Source of the DNA: Macrostomum lignano
Taxonomy: Eukaryota
Reading direction: 5' to 3'
NCBI GenBank assembly: GCA_002269645.1
Contig: NIVC01001618.1
Span: 1-51,325, forward strand
DNA: 51,325 nt
Shown piece after piece: positions 1 through 12,707 of the stretch (positions within the stretch are counted from its first letter, which is position 1; each line of letters opens with the position of its first letter). The position numbers and the translations under genes are program-made. A model generated the notes under the pieces. That model was not told where the DNA came from. It worked only from the letters and a program-made list of their open reading frames with translations, and did no database searches.

Positions 1-76
1 AATTTTTAGTCAAACTGAAAATTTAATTACGGATAGGCAATAATCCAAAAGAGACCTCACAGGGATAGACAGAAGA

Positions 77-517
<441 letters not shown>

Positions 518-808
518 GTCTGTCACGGTGAGACCCGTGATTATAATTTAATTTATGTACGATTGAATATTCTGAAGGTTTTGTCTGACATATAAATGCA
601 CATGTTGCTCCTACTCAGAGAGTACATTTGGACAGCTTCCTCATTGAGTGTTTTCAATCCTTTTCCCTCACTTTTCATTTATTCAACCTCTTACAGTGCA
701 ATTGCATCAAGTCTTCTAACAGACCGTTCGCGAGTTCTATGAGAACAATCATGCCTTTGCCTAGCTCAAACTCAATGCATTTCACTCTTGAACTTCTCTT
801 CTTTTATA

Positions 809-1345
809 CCCCTCATTCACTCCCTCTCGTACCCCTCATTCACTCCCTCTCCCATCCCTCATTCACTCCTCTCCCACCTCTCATTCACTCCCTCTCCCAT
901 CCCTCATTCACTCCCTCTCCCATCCCTCATTCACTCCCTCTCCCACCCTCATTCACTCCCTCTCCCATCCCTCATTCACTCCCTCTCCCTCTCCCATCCC
1001 TCATTCACTCCCTCTCCCATCCCTCATTCACTCCCTCTCCCATCCTTCATTCACTCCCTCTCCCTCTCCCATCCCTCATTCACTCCCTCTCCCATCCCTC
1101 ATTCACTCTCTCTCCTACTCCTCATTCACTCCCTCTCCCATCCTTCATTCACTCCCTCTCCCTCTCCCACCCCTCATTCACTTCCTCTCCCATCCTTCAT
1201 TCACTCCCTCTCCCTCTCCCATCCCTCATTCACTCCCTCTCCATCCCTCATTCACTCTCTCTCCTACTCCTCATTCACTCCCTCTCCCATCCCTCATTCA
1301 CTCTCTCCCCTACTCCTCATTCACTCCCTATTCCATCCATTACTC
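809..1345 (+). repeat. Pyrimidine-rich minisatellite, about 23-bp unit CCCTCATTCACTCCCTCTCCCAT
   Basis: Tandem units with length variants read directly. Confidence 0.93.
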
Positions 1346-1720
1346 ACTCATGAATGGTTCATTCACACTCCATTTCCACTCACTCAAACTTTCTTAGCCC
1401 GCATTCCCTCCATGGAGCTGTGAAGGCAGAATGGACCGCCTGCTTAACGCTCGTCTTTAGCGAACAAAAATCCGTATTAGATTTAAACTACTTAAAGTAG
1501 GCAATGCGGCATAATTAAAATACATTTTTGTACTGATAGGTATATTTTAGACACAAAGAATCCAGTATTGTAGCTGGTATTAACAAATAAAATGGACTCA
1601 AATAATTAATATAATTTATAAAATGCTTCAGCACAGGTCACTTCTTCTGATCCGAGATGTGAAAGACATGATCGAAGATTTTTGGTTAAACTACATTCAC
1701 AAGTAGATTTTCGTACAAGT

Positions 1721-2825
1721 AGACTGGCACTGACTCCGCACTTTGACAGCCACAGACTGGCACTGACTCCGCACTCTAATAGCCACAGACTGGCACTGAC
1801 TCCGCACTCTGACAGCCACAGACTGGCACTGACTCCGCACTCTAACAGCCACAGACTGGCACTGACTCCGCACTCTAACAGCCACAGACTGGCACTGACT
1901 CCGCACTCTAACAGCCACAGACTGGCACTGACTCCGCACTCTAACAGCCACAGACTGGCACTGACTCCGCACTCTAACAGCCACAGAGTGGCACTGACTC
2001 CGCACTCTAGCAGCCACAGACTGGCACTGAATCCGCACTCTAACAGCCAGACTGGCACTGACTCCGCACTCTAACAGCCACAGACTGGCACTGACTCCGC
2101 ACTCTAACAGCCACAGACTGGCACAGATTCCGCACTCTAACAGCCACAGACTGGCACTGACTCCGCACTCTAACAGCCACAGACTGGCACAGACTCCGCA
2201 CTCTAACAGCCACAGACTGGCACTGACTCCGCACTCTAACAGCCACAGACTGGCGCTGACTCCGCACTCTAACAGCCACAGAGTGGCACTGACTCCGCAA
2301 TCTAACAGCCACAGACTGGCACAGACTCCGCACTCTAACAGCCACAGACTGGCACTGACTCCGCACTCTAACAGCCACAGACTGGCACTGACTCCGCACT
2401 CTAACAGCCACAGACTGGCACAGATTCCGCACTCTAACAGCCACAGACTGGCACTGACTCCGCACTCTAACAGCCACAGACTGGCACTGACTCCGCACTC
2501 TAACAGCCACAGACTGGCACTGACTCCGCACTCTAACAGCCACAGACTGGCACTGAATCCGCACTCTAACAGCCACAGACTGACACAGACTCCGCACTCT
2601 AACAGCCACAGACTGGCACTGACTCCGCACTTTGACAGCCACAGACTGGCACTGACTCCGCACTCTAACAGCCACAGACTGGCACTGAATCTGCACTCTA
2701 ACAGCCACAGACTGGCACAGACTCCGCACTCTAACAGCCACAGACTGGCACTGAATCCGCACTCTAACAGCCACAGACTGGCACTGACTCCGCACTCTAA
2801 CAGCCACAGACTGGCACTGAATCCC
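1721..2825 (+). repeat. 33-bp minisatellite ACTGGCACTGACTCCGCACTCTAACAGCCACAG, about 33 units
   Basis: 11-aa periodicity (LALTPHSNSHR) in the ORF track; a degenerate unit at the right edge runs up to the stop of the 2844-3068 ORF. Confidence 0.97.
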
Positions 2826-2843
2826 GCGCTCTGTTGGCCACAA

Positions 2844-3068
2844 TCAAATCTTAGCCCGATCCAGCACTCCGTCATCCCGCTGAAGTGCCCGAATCTCGCT
2901 CAGCAGTCGCAGCCTGTCGACTTCTCGTGCCGTCAGTAAGCCGTCGCCGCCGCTGTCGCCGCCGAGGCTGGAGCCGGCCCACAGCAGGTAAAGGAACATG
3001 GCCATTGAGGTGGCTGTCAGCAATATTGAAATGCCGAAAAGGAACCAGCAGATCTGCCTGCCAGCCAT
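2844..3068 (-). CDS. Candidate small single-pass membrane protein (74 aa), possibly only the first exon of a longer gene
   Basis: ATG start, hydrophobic segment ICWFLFGISILLTATSMAMFLYLLWA, GC3-rich codons like the confident genes, TATA box upstream. No family recognised. Confidence 0.45.
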   Translation of the reverse strand: MAGRQICWFLFGISILLTATSMAMFLYLLWAGSSLGGDSGGDGLLTAREVDRLRLLSEIRALQRDDGVLDRAKI

Positions 3069-3146
3069 GCGGAGAAGTTTTTATTGTCTCGACTTGCAAG
3101 TGCGACTGCGGTTTGGGCAGGCGGGCCATTTTCGATACTCTTTAGC

Positions 3147-3152
3147 TTTATA
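3147..3152 (-). promoter_or_regulatory. Candidate TATA box (TATAAA) beside a GA-rich putative bidirectional promoter
   Basis: Minus strand reads CGC-TATAAA-GCT about 80 nt upstream of the ATG at 3068; purine/G-rich tract at 3165-3250. Confidence 0.3.
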
Positions 3153-3264
3153 GCGGAGTGGGAGAAACGGGGAAGAGGAGAGAGGGGGAGGGGAGGGGGG
3201 GAGAAGCCGAGGGATTAAGAGCGGGATCCAGCGGGCGATAGGGTAGAGGAGGCTTCACCAACTT

Positions 3265-4586
3265 ATGCTACCTGCCCAGCAGTTGCAGCAGGTCTGGCGG
3301 GATGCCGCCGCTAAGCTGCCTCTTCCGCACGGCTGTTTAGGGGGGTTAAAAGGGGTTGGGGTGTGTGGGGAGTGTTTTCCCAGCGCCACGCGAGACTGAA
3401 TGTGTTTTTTTACAACAAGCGAATCAGCAGCGCTTGTAGCAGCAGCTGGCAGAGACATTGCAGAGAGAGAGTTGGAGAATTTTGGCGAGGGACTTCCAGT
3501 GTAGCTACATGTGTAAAGCCTTCGGGCATAGAGTCCTGGACAGAGTGAGAGTCTGGAGCACACTGCTCACGCTTCGTCTACATGTACTCTTTCACGCGGG
3601 GCGATTTCACAAGCTTTTATAAACTGGATTTCAAAAACCGCTATAAACTGGAACTCACAAGCCACTATAAACAGGATTTCAAAAACCGCTATAAACTGGA
3701 ACTCACAAGCCACTATAAACAGGATTTCACAAACCGCTATAAACTGGAACTCACAAGCCACTATAAACAGGATTTCACAAACCGCTATAAACTGGAACTC
3801 ACAAGCCACTATAAACAGGATTTCACAAACCGCTATAAACTGGAACTCACAAGCCACTATAAACAGGATTTCACAAACCGCTATAAACAGGATTTCACAA
3901 ACCGCTATAAACTGGATTTCACAAACCACTATAAAGTGGATTTCACAAGCCACTATAAACAGGATTTCACAAACCGCTATAAACTGGAACTCACAAGCCA
4001 CTATAAACAGGATTTCACAAACCGCTATAAACTGGAACTCACAAGCCACTATAAACAGGATTTCACAAACCGCTATAAACTGGAACTCACAAGCCACTAT
4101 AAACAGGATTTCACAAACCGCTATAAACTGGAACTCACAAGCCACTATAAACAGGATTTCACAAACCGCTATAAACAGGATTTCACAAACCGCTATAAAC
4201 TGGATTTCACAAACCACTATAAAGTGGATTTCACAAGCCACTATAAACTGGATTTCACAAACCGCTATAAACTGGATTTCACAAACCGCTATAAACTGGA
4301 TTTCACAAACCACTATAAAGTGGATTTCACAAACCATTTTAAACTGGGTTTATGGCACCAATGGATTACACGTATGCTACATGCTATCGCAGCCAAGCAG
4401 ACACAGGAAACAGCGCCAGCACGCAAGGCTGACGCTGTGCAAACAAAAGAATCTCCACTCGGTTACTTCGCACTCAAAGCCCCTCCAGACTGCATCTGCA
4501 GAGCTCAACTCGGGAGTGGATTACGAGGCCTCCCAGCAGCAGATTATAAGCTACATCATCGGAGAGGAGACTGGCAGGACAGGCGG
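3265..4586 (+). CDS. Weak candidate multi-exon gene (exons 3265-3291, 3440-3544, 4393-4586; 3' end uncertain)
   Basis: GT-AG boundaries keep one frame: MLPAQQLQQ|QQLAETLQRESWRILARDFQCSYMCKAFGHRVLDR|PSRHRKQRQH...IIGEETGRTG. GTGAGA donors at 3545 and 4587; GC3 roughly 65%; the 24/48-bp array would fill intron 2. No homology recognised. Confidence 0.3.
3601..4345 (+). repeat. 24-bp minisatellite with two alternating variants (48-bp higher-order dimer)
   Basis: CTATAAACAGGATTTCACAAACCG alternates with CTATAAACTGGAACTCACAAGCCA (YKQDFTNR / YKLELTSH in the pseudo-ORF). Confidence 0.95.
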
Positions 4587-5384
4587 GTGAGAGGGCGGGG
4601 AGAATTCCCCCACAGAATCAATAATAGAAAACAGGCTGAAGGGTATTGGAAGGGCGAAGGGCAAACACAGCGGGATCGCGGCGCTGGGGCGCAAACACGA
4701 CTAGGCGGTCTCTTTAATGATTTCTCTAGATGGATCCCCAGGCTGGCATGCAAGGAGCGATGGAGCGCAGAAACCTGTCCAGAATCCCAGCCCAAGCCCA
4801 GCGTTCATTTTCATCCCCTCTCAGCTATATGCATCAGCTATTTTTACGCAACTCCAGCACTTGCCTCCACCAGCGCCGGCCGGGGATAATTGAAAATTGA
4901 TCCCCTATCCCGAGCGCCCCCCCCCCCGGCCAGCATCCCAATTAAAGTGGCATAGCGGCATCGATTAGTATATCTAATATTATATTAGAGATAAAGGGGC
5001 AGAAATCGAACGAGGATAGAATATTCCGGCTCTCCGTCAAAGAGGAGCAGCGCTGCACGCAGATGCGCGGACACGAATCCTAATCCCGGGCGAAGGGGAG
5101 GGGGGATATAATTCTAACTGACCCCAAATCTTTAGCCCAGCAGGGCTGGGAAGTTCGATTAAATAATATGCATAAAATCCAGCAGTCAGGCTGGCTCAGC
5201 CTATATATTTATACTGCATAGGCAGAGTTGTGCATTCCGCGGTTCCCTTAAGTCCTGCTGCTATTAATATTAATAATAATTGGATTGGGAACTCGTGCCG
5301 ACTGTGACTGTCAGAAAATTGGAAGTCAGGTTCTGATTAAAATAACTCGAATATGTGTACAATTTGTGGTATGGACGGGTTCGG

Positions 5385-6500
5385 GTGTTGGGGCAGAGCC
5401 CACACTGGGGTGTTGGGGCAGAGCCCACTCTGGGGTGTTAGGGCAGAGCCCACACTGGGGTGTTGGGGCAGAGCCCACACTGGGGGTGTTGGGGCAGAGC
5501 CCACACTGGGGGTGTTCGGGCAGAGCCCACACTGGGGGTGTTGGGGCAGAGCCCACACTGGGGGTGTTGGGGCAGAGCCCACACTGGGGGTGTTCGGGCA
5601 GAGCCCACACTGGGGTGTTGGGGCAGAGCCCACACTGGGGGTGTTGGGGCAGAGCCCACACTGGGCTGTTGGGACAGAGCCCACACTGGGGTGTTAGGGC
5701 AGAGAGCCCACACTGGGGTGTTGGGACAGAGCCCACACTGGGGTGTTGGGCAGAGCCCACACTGGGGTGTTGGGCAGAGCCCACACTGGGGGTGTTGGGG
5801 CAGAGCCCACACTGGGGGTGTTGGGGCAGAGCCCACACTGGGGTGTTGGGGCAGAGCCCACACTGGGGGTGTTGGGGCAGAGCCCACACTGGGGGTGTTG
5901 GGGCAGAGCCCACACTGGGGGTGTTCGGGCAGAGCCCACACTGGGGTGTTGGGGCAGAGCCCACACTGGGGGTGTTGGGGCAGAGCCCACACTGGGGTGT
6001 TGGGGCAGAGCCCACACTGGGGGTGTTGGGGCAGAGCCCACACTGGGGTGTTGGGGCAGAGCCCACACTGGGGTGTTGGGGCAGAGCCCACACTGGGGGT
6101 GTTGGGGCAGAGCCCACACTGGGGGTGTTGGGGCAGAGCCCACACTGGGGTGTTGGGGCAGAGCCCACACTGGGGGTGTTGGGGCAGAGCCCACACTGGG
6201 GGTGTTGGGGCAGAGCCCACACTGGGGTGTTAGGGCAGAGCCCACACTGGGGTGTTGGGACAGAGCCCACACTGGGGTGTTGGGGCAGAGCCCTCACTGG
6301 GGTGTTGGGACAGAGCCCACACTGGGCTGTTGGGACAGAGCCCACACTGGGGTGTTAGGGCAGAGAGACCACACTGGGGTGTTGGGACAGAGCCCACACT
6401 GGGGTGATGGGACAGAGCCCACACTGGGCTGTTGGGACAGAGCCCACACTGGGGTGTTAGGGCAGAGAGCCCACACTGGGGTGTTGGGGCAGAGCCCACA
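5385..6500 (+). repeat. G-rich minisatellite, 24-27-bp unit GGGCAGAGCCCACACTGGGG(G)TGTTG
   Basis: About 43 tandem units; length variation lies mostly in the G runs. Confidence 0.97.
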
Positions 6501-7276
6501 CATGTTAACAACAGAAATCAATCAATCAATCAATCATTCAAGAATCTCGTTAATCAGTCGATCAATCAATCAATCGATACTAGTTAACTGCTCAATTGCC
6601 TAATCAAGGGACTCCCTTGAATAATAAATAAACTAACCTATGGCCAGATTCCTTGACAAACCTTGCACTTATCTTATTTAAAACGTTCTGAGTAAAATAC
6701 ATGCATAATAATAGGCTAAACGTAGTAAAAATATTTTATTCACCAAGCAAAATGAGTAACAAAGACTACAGATCAAAAAATTCATTGTTCTGCTAGTCAA
6801 TGAGGCACACAACTTGATACCCCCACTATAAGGTGTGGAAACCACGTAAATGAGCTGGTAGGTATTTATATTTCATTAGAAAATGTATAGAAAGCAATTA
6901 GAGCCAACAATCGAAAATCATTTTTCACTCGGCAAAAGCATAGATAGAAAGAAAAGAGAAGTAAGCATAAGCCACGCTAATAATAGATAGTATATATACG
7001 ACAAACAGACTACTAGTAGAAAGAATCATACACACAAAAACAAACATATATTTAAATGACAATTCTAGAATAAAATCTATGAATACTATATATTACGCTA
7101 CTGAAAATAAAATTGTGTACAAATCTTCAAGTAGTCACAATTTGAATAATACATTTCAGTCAAGAAACAGTGCACTGGAATGTCATCGAAGCTGTTTAAT
7201 GCTAATGTACAAAACGTACTTAATGTACTTACAGTCCGAGTCGCAAGCTCGTGTAAAACATTTCTATTCGAGCTAA

Positions 7277-7970
7277 ACCCTCCCTTTGTATGATCAATCG
7301 AAGAATGACCGACAATATCCCTTTGTGACCAATTGAAGAATGACCGACACAGTCTCTTTATGACCAATTGAAGAATGGCAGACATTCTCCCTTAATGATT
7401 AATTGAAGAATGACCAACACTCCCTTTATGATTAATTGAAGGACCGACACTCCCTTTATGACCAATTGAAGAAGGACCAACACTCCCTTTATGACCAATT
7501 GAAGAATGACCGACACTGTCCCTTTATGATTAATTGAAGAATGACCAACACTGTTCTTTTATGATTAATTGAAGAATGACCAACACTGTTCTTTTATGAT
7601 TAATTGAAGAATGACCAACACTGTTCTTTTATGATTAATTGAAGAATGACCAACACTGTTATTTTATGATTAATTGAAGAATGACCGACACTGTCCTTTT
7701 ATGATTAATTGAAGAATGACCAACACTGTCCTTTTATGATTAATTGAAGAATGACCAACACTGTTCTTTTATGATTAATTGAAGAATGACCAACACTGTC
7801 CTTTTATGATTAATTGAAGGACCGACACTCCCTTTATGACCAATTGAAGAAGGACCAACACTCCCTTTATGACCAATTGAAGAATGACAGACATTTTTCA
7901 TTTTATGAACAATTGAAGAATGACCGACAGACACCCTTTATGACCAATCAAGGAATGACCAACATTCCTT
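7277..7970 (+). repeat. About 35-bp minisatellite ATGATTAATTGAAGAATGACCAACACTGTTCTTTT
   Basis: Homogeneous core with degenerate edges; starts about 35 nt downstream of the DUF1294-like stop. Confidence 0.93.
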
Positions 7971-8002
7971 TAGATGAAACAGTCTGGCAAGCTTCAAGTG
8001 CT

Positions 8003-8524
8003 TCACGTGAGGACAAGCAGAGCCAGTAGCAGCCAGAAGGCATTGCATGGCACCAGAAGCAGCGTAATGACAATGAAGGTCAGCCGTTTAACCCGGTGAC
8101 AGCACAGCAGCATGCCAATCAAAGTGCCAATCGCGCCGCCAAAAAATGACAGCAGATGCAGCGAGGCGTCGCCAACTCGATAGGAAGAACGTCGCCGAGG
8201 CTGAGCGGCGAATTTCAAGCAGCGATCGACGGCAACAGCGGCTAGGCTGGCGGCGGAGTGGCCACCGAAGTAGCCCAGCAGTACACAGGCCTTGCCGTGC
8301 TGGCTCAGCCACGCAGTCTTGTACACCAGAGCTGCCGACGTGAAACTCAACAGGGACAGGGCTAGCAGGGAGCACAGCTGCCAGAATTTGGGGAAACATC
8401 GGTGCGAATCTTCATCCTGCTCAGTCTCATCTGGCCATTGCAGCCGGCCGTTGCGACCCACGATCAGCGTGCCAACGTCTGTCTGCTGTTGGGTTACCGT
8501 GTCGCTGCCGTTGCTTAGCAACTG
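8003..8524 (-). CDS. DUF1294-like small multi-pass membrane protein; coding exon without an in-frame ATG
   Basis: AVDRCLKFAAQPRRRSSYRVGDASLHLLSFFGGAIGTLIGMLLCCHRVKRLTF resembles the DUF1294 pattern (DK..A...R..E..LHLL...GG..G...M...RHK..K..F). Preceded by a pyrimidine tract and NAGNAG acceptor (ACTCAG|CAG|TTG). Confidence 0.6.
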   Translation of the reverse strand, partial: QLLSNGSDTVTQQQTDVGTLIVGRNGRLQWPDETEQDEDSHRCFPKFWQLCSLLALSLLSFTSAALVYKTAWLSQHGKACVLLGYFGGHSAASLAAVAVDRCLKFAAQPRRRSSYRVGDASLHLLSFFGGAIGTLIGMLLCCHRVKRLTFIVITLLLVPCNAFWLLLALLVLT

Positions 8525-8570
8525 CTGAGTCGATTGCGACGACAGCAGAGGTAGATGAGGAATAGAATAG

Positions 8571-8940
8571 GGTCACTAGTGGCCAGGCTGCAGACACACT
8601 GTGGGGTCACTGGTGGCCAGGCTGCAGACACACTGTGGGGTCACTGGTGGCCAGGCTGCAGACACACTGTGGGGTCACTGGTGGCCAGGCTGCAGACACA
8701 CTGTGGGGTCACTGCAGGTGGCCAGGCTGCAGACACACTGTGGGGTCACTGCAGGTGGCCAGGCTGCAGACACACTGTGGGGTCACTGGTGGCCAGGCTG
8801 CAGACACAGTGGGGTCACTGGTGGCCAGGCTGCAGACACACTGTGGGGTCACTGGTGGCCAGGCTGCAGACACACTGTGGGGTCACTGGTGGCCCAGGCT
8901 GCAGACACAGTGGGGTCACTGGAGCCCAGGCTACAGACAC
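8571..8940 (+). repeat. 34-bp minisatellite GGGGTCACTGGTGGCCAGGCTGCAGACACACTGT
   Basis: About 11 units directly upstream (minus strand) of the DUF1294-like acceptor. Confidence 0.96.
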
Positions 8941-9460
8941 TAAATTAGCAAAAAAATAACAACAAAATTTTGTTTCCAAAGTATCGAAATGAAGCCGATG
9001 CAGATGTAATAGTATAATTAGCTGGTCTAAAACAAGAACGTGAGCTGCGTTAGTCTCGTGTTGAGAGCAGGCAGCCGACAAGATTCAGCTGACGGTATGT
9101 GGCATTATTATTATTAGTTAGTATTATTGCAGAAAGGCGGGGCGCGGGGCTGCTGGGCAAGGGGAAATAGTTTTGTAAAAGACAATAACTAACTGTAATA
9201 GACAAGATGGACGCTACTACTAGACATTCTGCATAATGTAAGCATAAGAGATTACACGAAATATACATCACTGAATATTTTTTAGCTAAGAAGCAGCTCA
9301 GTAGTATAGTAAGCAAAGCGCAATGGATAAGCCTCAGACTGTAAATGTGCATAATTTAAGTGCCATCTGCTGACTGCTAGCGTACTTGGGACCTGCTGGC
9401 ACTTCAAAGATCTTCTGGCGACATTAAGATTTTACTGACACTTATAGGATCTGTCTCAAT

Positions 9461-12400
9461 GAACATCTGACAGTCCCAAGGATCATCTGACAGTCCCAAT
9501 GATCATCTAACAGTCCCAATGATCATCTGACAGTCCCAATGATCATCTGACAGTGCCAATGATCATCTAACAGTCCCAATGATCATCTGACAGTCCCAAG
9601 GATCATCTGACAGTCCCAATGATCATCTAACAGTCCCAATGATCATCTGACAGTTCCAATGATCATCTGACAGTCCCAATGATCATCTGACAGTCCCAAT
9701 GATCATCTAACAGTCCCAATGATCATCTAACAGTCCCAATGATCATCTGACAGTCCCAAGGATCATCTGACAGTCCCAATGATCATCTAACAGTCCCAAT
9801 GATCATCTGACAGTCCCAATGATCATCTGACAGTCCCAATGATCATCTAACAGTCCCAATGATCATCTGACAGTCCCAAGGATCATCTGACAGTCCCAAT
9901 GATCATCTAACAGTCCCAATGATCATCTGACAGTCCCAATGATCATCTAACAGTCCCAACGATCATCTGACAGAGTCCCAATGATCATCTGACAGAGTCC
10001 CAATGATCATCTGACAGAGTCCTAAGGATCATCTGACAGAGTCCCAAAGATCATCTGACAGTCTCAAGGATCATCTGACAGTCCCAAGGATCATCTGACA
10101 GTCCCAATGATCATCTAACAGTCCCAATGATCATCTGACAGTCCCAATGATCATCTAACAGTCCCAATGATCATCTGACAGTCCCAATGATCATCTGACA
10201 GTCCCAATGATCATCTAACAGTCCCAATGATCATCTGACAGTCCCAAGGATCATCTGACAGTCCCAATGATCATCTAACAGTCCCAATGATCATCTGACA
10301 GTCCCAATGATCATCTAACAGTCCCAACGATCATCTGACAGAGTCCCAATGATCATCTGACAGAGTCCCAATGATCATCTGATAGAGTCCTAAGGATCAT
10401 CTGACAGAGTCCCAAAGATCATCTGACAGTCTCAAGGATCATCTGACAGTCCCAATGATCATCTGACAGTCCCAATGATCATCTGACAGAGTCCCAATGA
10501 TCATCTGACAGTCCCAATGATCATCTGACAGAGTCCTAAGGATCATCTGACAGAGTCCCAATGATCATCTGACAGAGTCCCAATGATCATCTGACAGTCC
10601 CAATGATCATCTGACAGTCCCAATGATCATCTGACAGAGTCCTAAGGATCATCTGACAGAGTCCCAATGATCATCTGACAGAGTCCCAATGATCATCTGA
10701 CAGTCCCAATGATCATCTGACAGTCCCTATGATCATCTGACAGAGTCCCAATGATCATCTGACAGTCCCAATGATCATCTGACAGTCGCTATGATCATCT
10801 GACAGAGTCCCAATGATCATCTGACAGTCCCAATGATCATCTGACAGTCTCAATGATCATCTGACAGTCCCTATGATCATCTGACAGAGTCCCAATGATC
10901 ATCTGACAGTCTCAAGGATCATCTGACAGTCCCAATGATCATCTGACAGTCCCAATGATCATCTGATAGAGTCCTAAGGATCATCTGACAGAGTCCCAAA
11001 GATCATCTGACAGTCTCAAGGATCATCTGACAGTCCCAATGATCATCTGACAGTCCCAATGATCATCTGACAGAGTCCCAATGATCATCTGACAGTCCCA
11101 ATGATCATCTGACAGAGTCCCAATGATCATCTGACAGTCCCAATGATCATCTGACAGAGTCCCAATGATCATCTGACAGTCCCAATGATCATCTGACAGT
11201 CCCTATGATCATCTGACAGAGTCCCAATGATCATCTGACAGTCCCAATGATCATCTGACAGTCCCTATGATCATCTGACAGAGTCCCAATGATCATCTGA
11301 CAGTCCCAATGATCATCTGACAGTCCCAATGATCATCTGACAGTCCCAATGATCATCTGACAGTCCCAATGATCATCTGACAGAGTCCCAATGATCATCT
11401 GACAGTCCCAATGATCATCTGACAGAGTCCTAAGGATCATCTGACAGAGTCCCAATGATCATCTGACAGAGTCCCAATGATCATCTGACAGTCCCAATGA
11501 TCATCTGACAGTCCCAATGATCATCTGACAGAGTCCTAAGGATCATCTGACAGAGTCCCAATGATCATCTGACAGAGTCCCAATGATCATCTGACAGTCC
11601 CAATGATCATCTGACAGTCCCTATGATCATCTGACAGAGTCCCAATGATCATCTGACAGTCCCAATGATCATCTGACAGTCGCTATGATCATCTGACAGA
11701 GTCCCAATGATCATCTGACAGTCCCAATGATCATCTGACAGTCCCAATGATCATCTGACAGTCCCTATGATCATCTGACAGAGTCCCAATGATCATCTGA
11801 CAGTCTCAAGGATCATCTGACAGTCCCAATGATCATCTGACAGTCCCAATGATCATCTGACAGTCCCAATGATCATCTGACAGTCCCAATGATCATCTGA
11901 CAGTCCCTATGATCATCTGACAGTCCCTATGATCATCTGACAGAGTCCCAATGATCATCTGACAGTCCCAATGATCATCTGACAGTCCCAATGATCATCT
12001 GACAGAGTCCCAATGATCATCTGACAGTCCCAATGATCATCTGACAGAGTCCTAAGGATCATCTGACAGAGTCCCAATGATCATCTGACAGAGTCCCAAT
12101 GATCATCTGACAGTCCCAATGATCATCTGACAGTCCCTATGATCATCTGACAGAGTCCCAATGATCATCTGACAGTCCCAATGATCATCTGACAGTCGCT
12201 ATGATCATCTGACAGAGTCCCAATGATCATCTGACAGTCCCAATGATCATCTGACAGTCCCAATGATCATCTGACAGTCCCTATGATCATCTGACAGAGT
12301 CCCAATGATCATCTGACAGTCCCAATGATCATCTGACAGTCCCAATGATCATCTGACAGTCCCAATGATCATCTGACAGTCCCAATGATCATCTGACAGT

Positions 12401-12707
12401 CCCAACGATCATCTGACAGAGTCCTAAGGATCATCTGACAGAGTCCTAAGGATCATCTGACAGAATCCCAAAGATCATCTGACAGTCCCAATGATCATCT
12501 GACAGTCCCAAGGATCATCTAACAGTCCCAAGGATCATCTGACAGTCCCAAGGATCATCTGACAGTCCCAAGGATCATCTGACAGTCCCAAGGATCATCT
12601 GAAAGTCCCAAGGATCATCTAACAGTCCCAAGGATCATCTGACAGTCCCAAGGATCATCTGACAGTCCCAAGGATCATCTGAAAGAGTCCCAATGATCAT
12701 CTGACAG
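9461..12707 (+). repeat. 3.2-kb minisatellite, 20-bp unit GATCATCTGACAGTCCCAAT with 22-bp (+AG) variants and higher-order blocks
   Basis: About 155 units; most contain the palindrome ATGATCAT. Confidence 0.98.

Noticed and set aside
628-800. Possible exons near 690-790 on either strand
   Set aside because: Splice-like motifs exist but give no consistent frame or recognisable protein.
9461-12707. CRISPR-like regular repeat
   Set aside because: Units are contiguous with no unique spacers, there are no cas genes, and the context is eukaryotic; the same applies to all other arrays.
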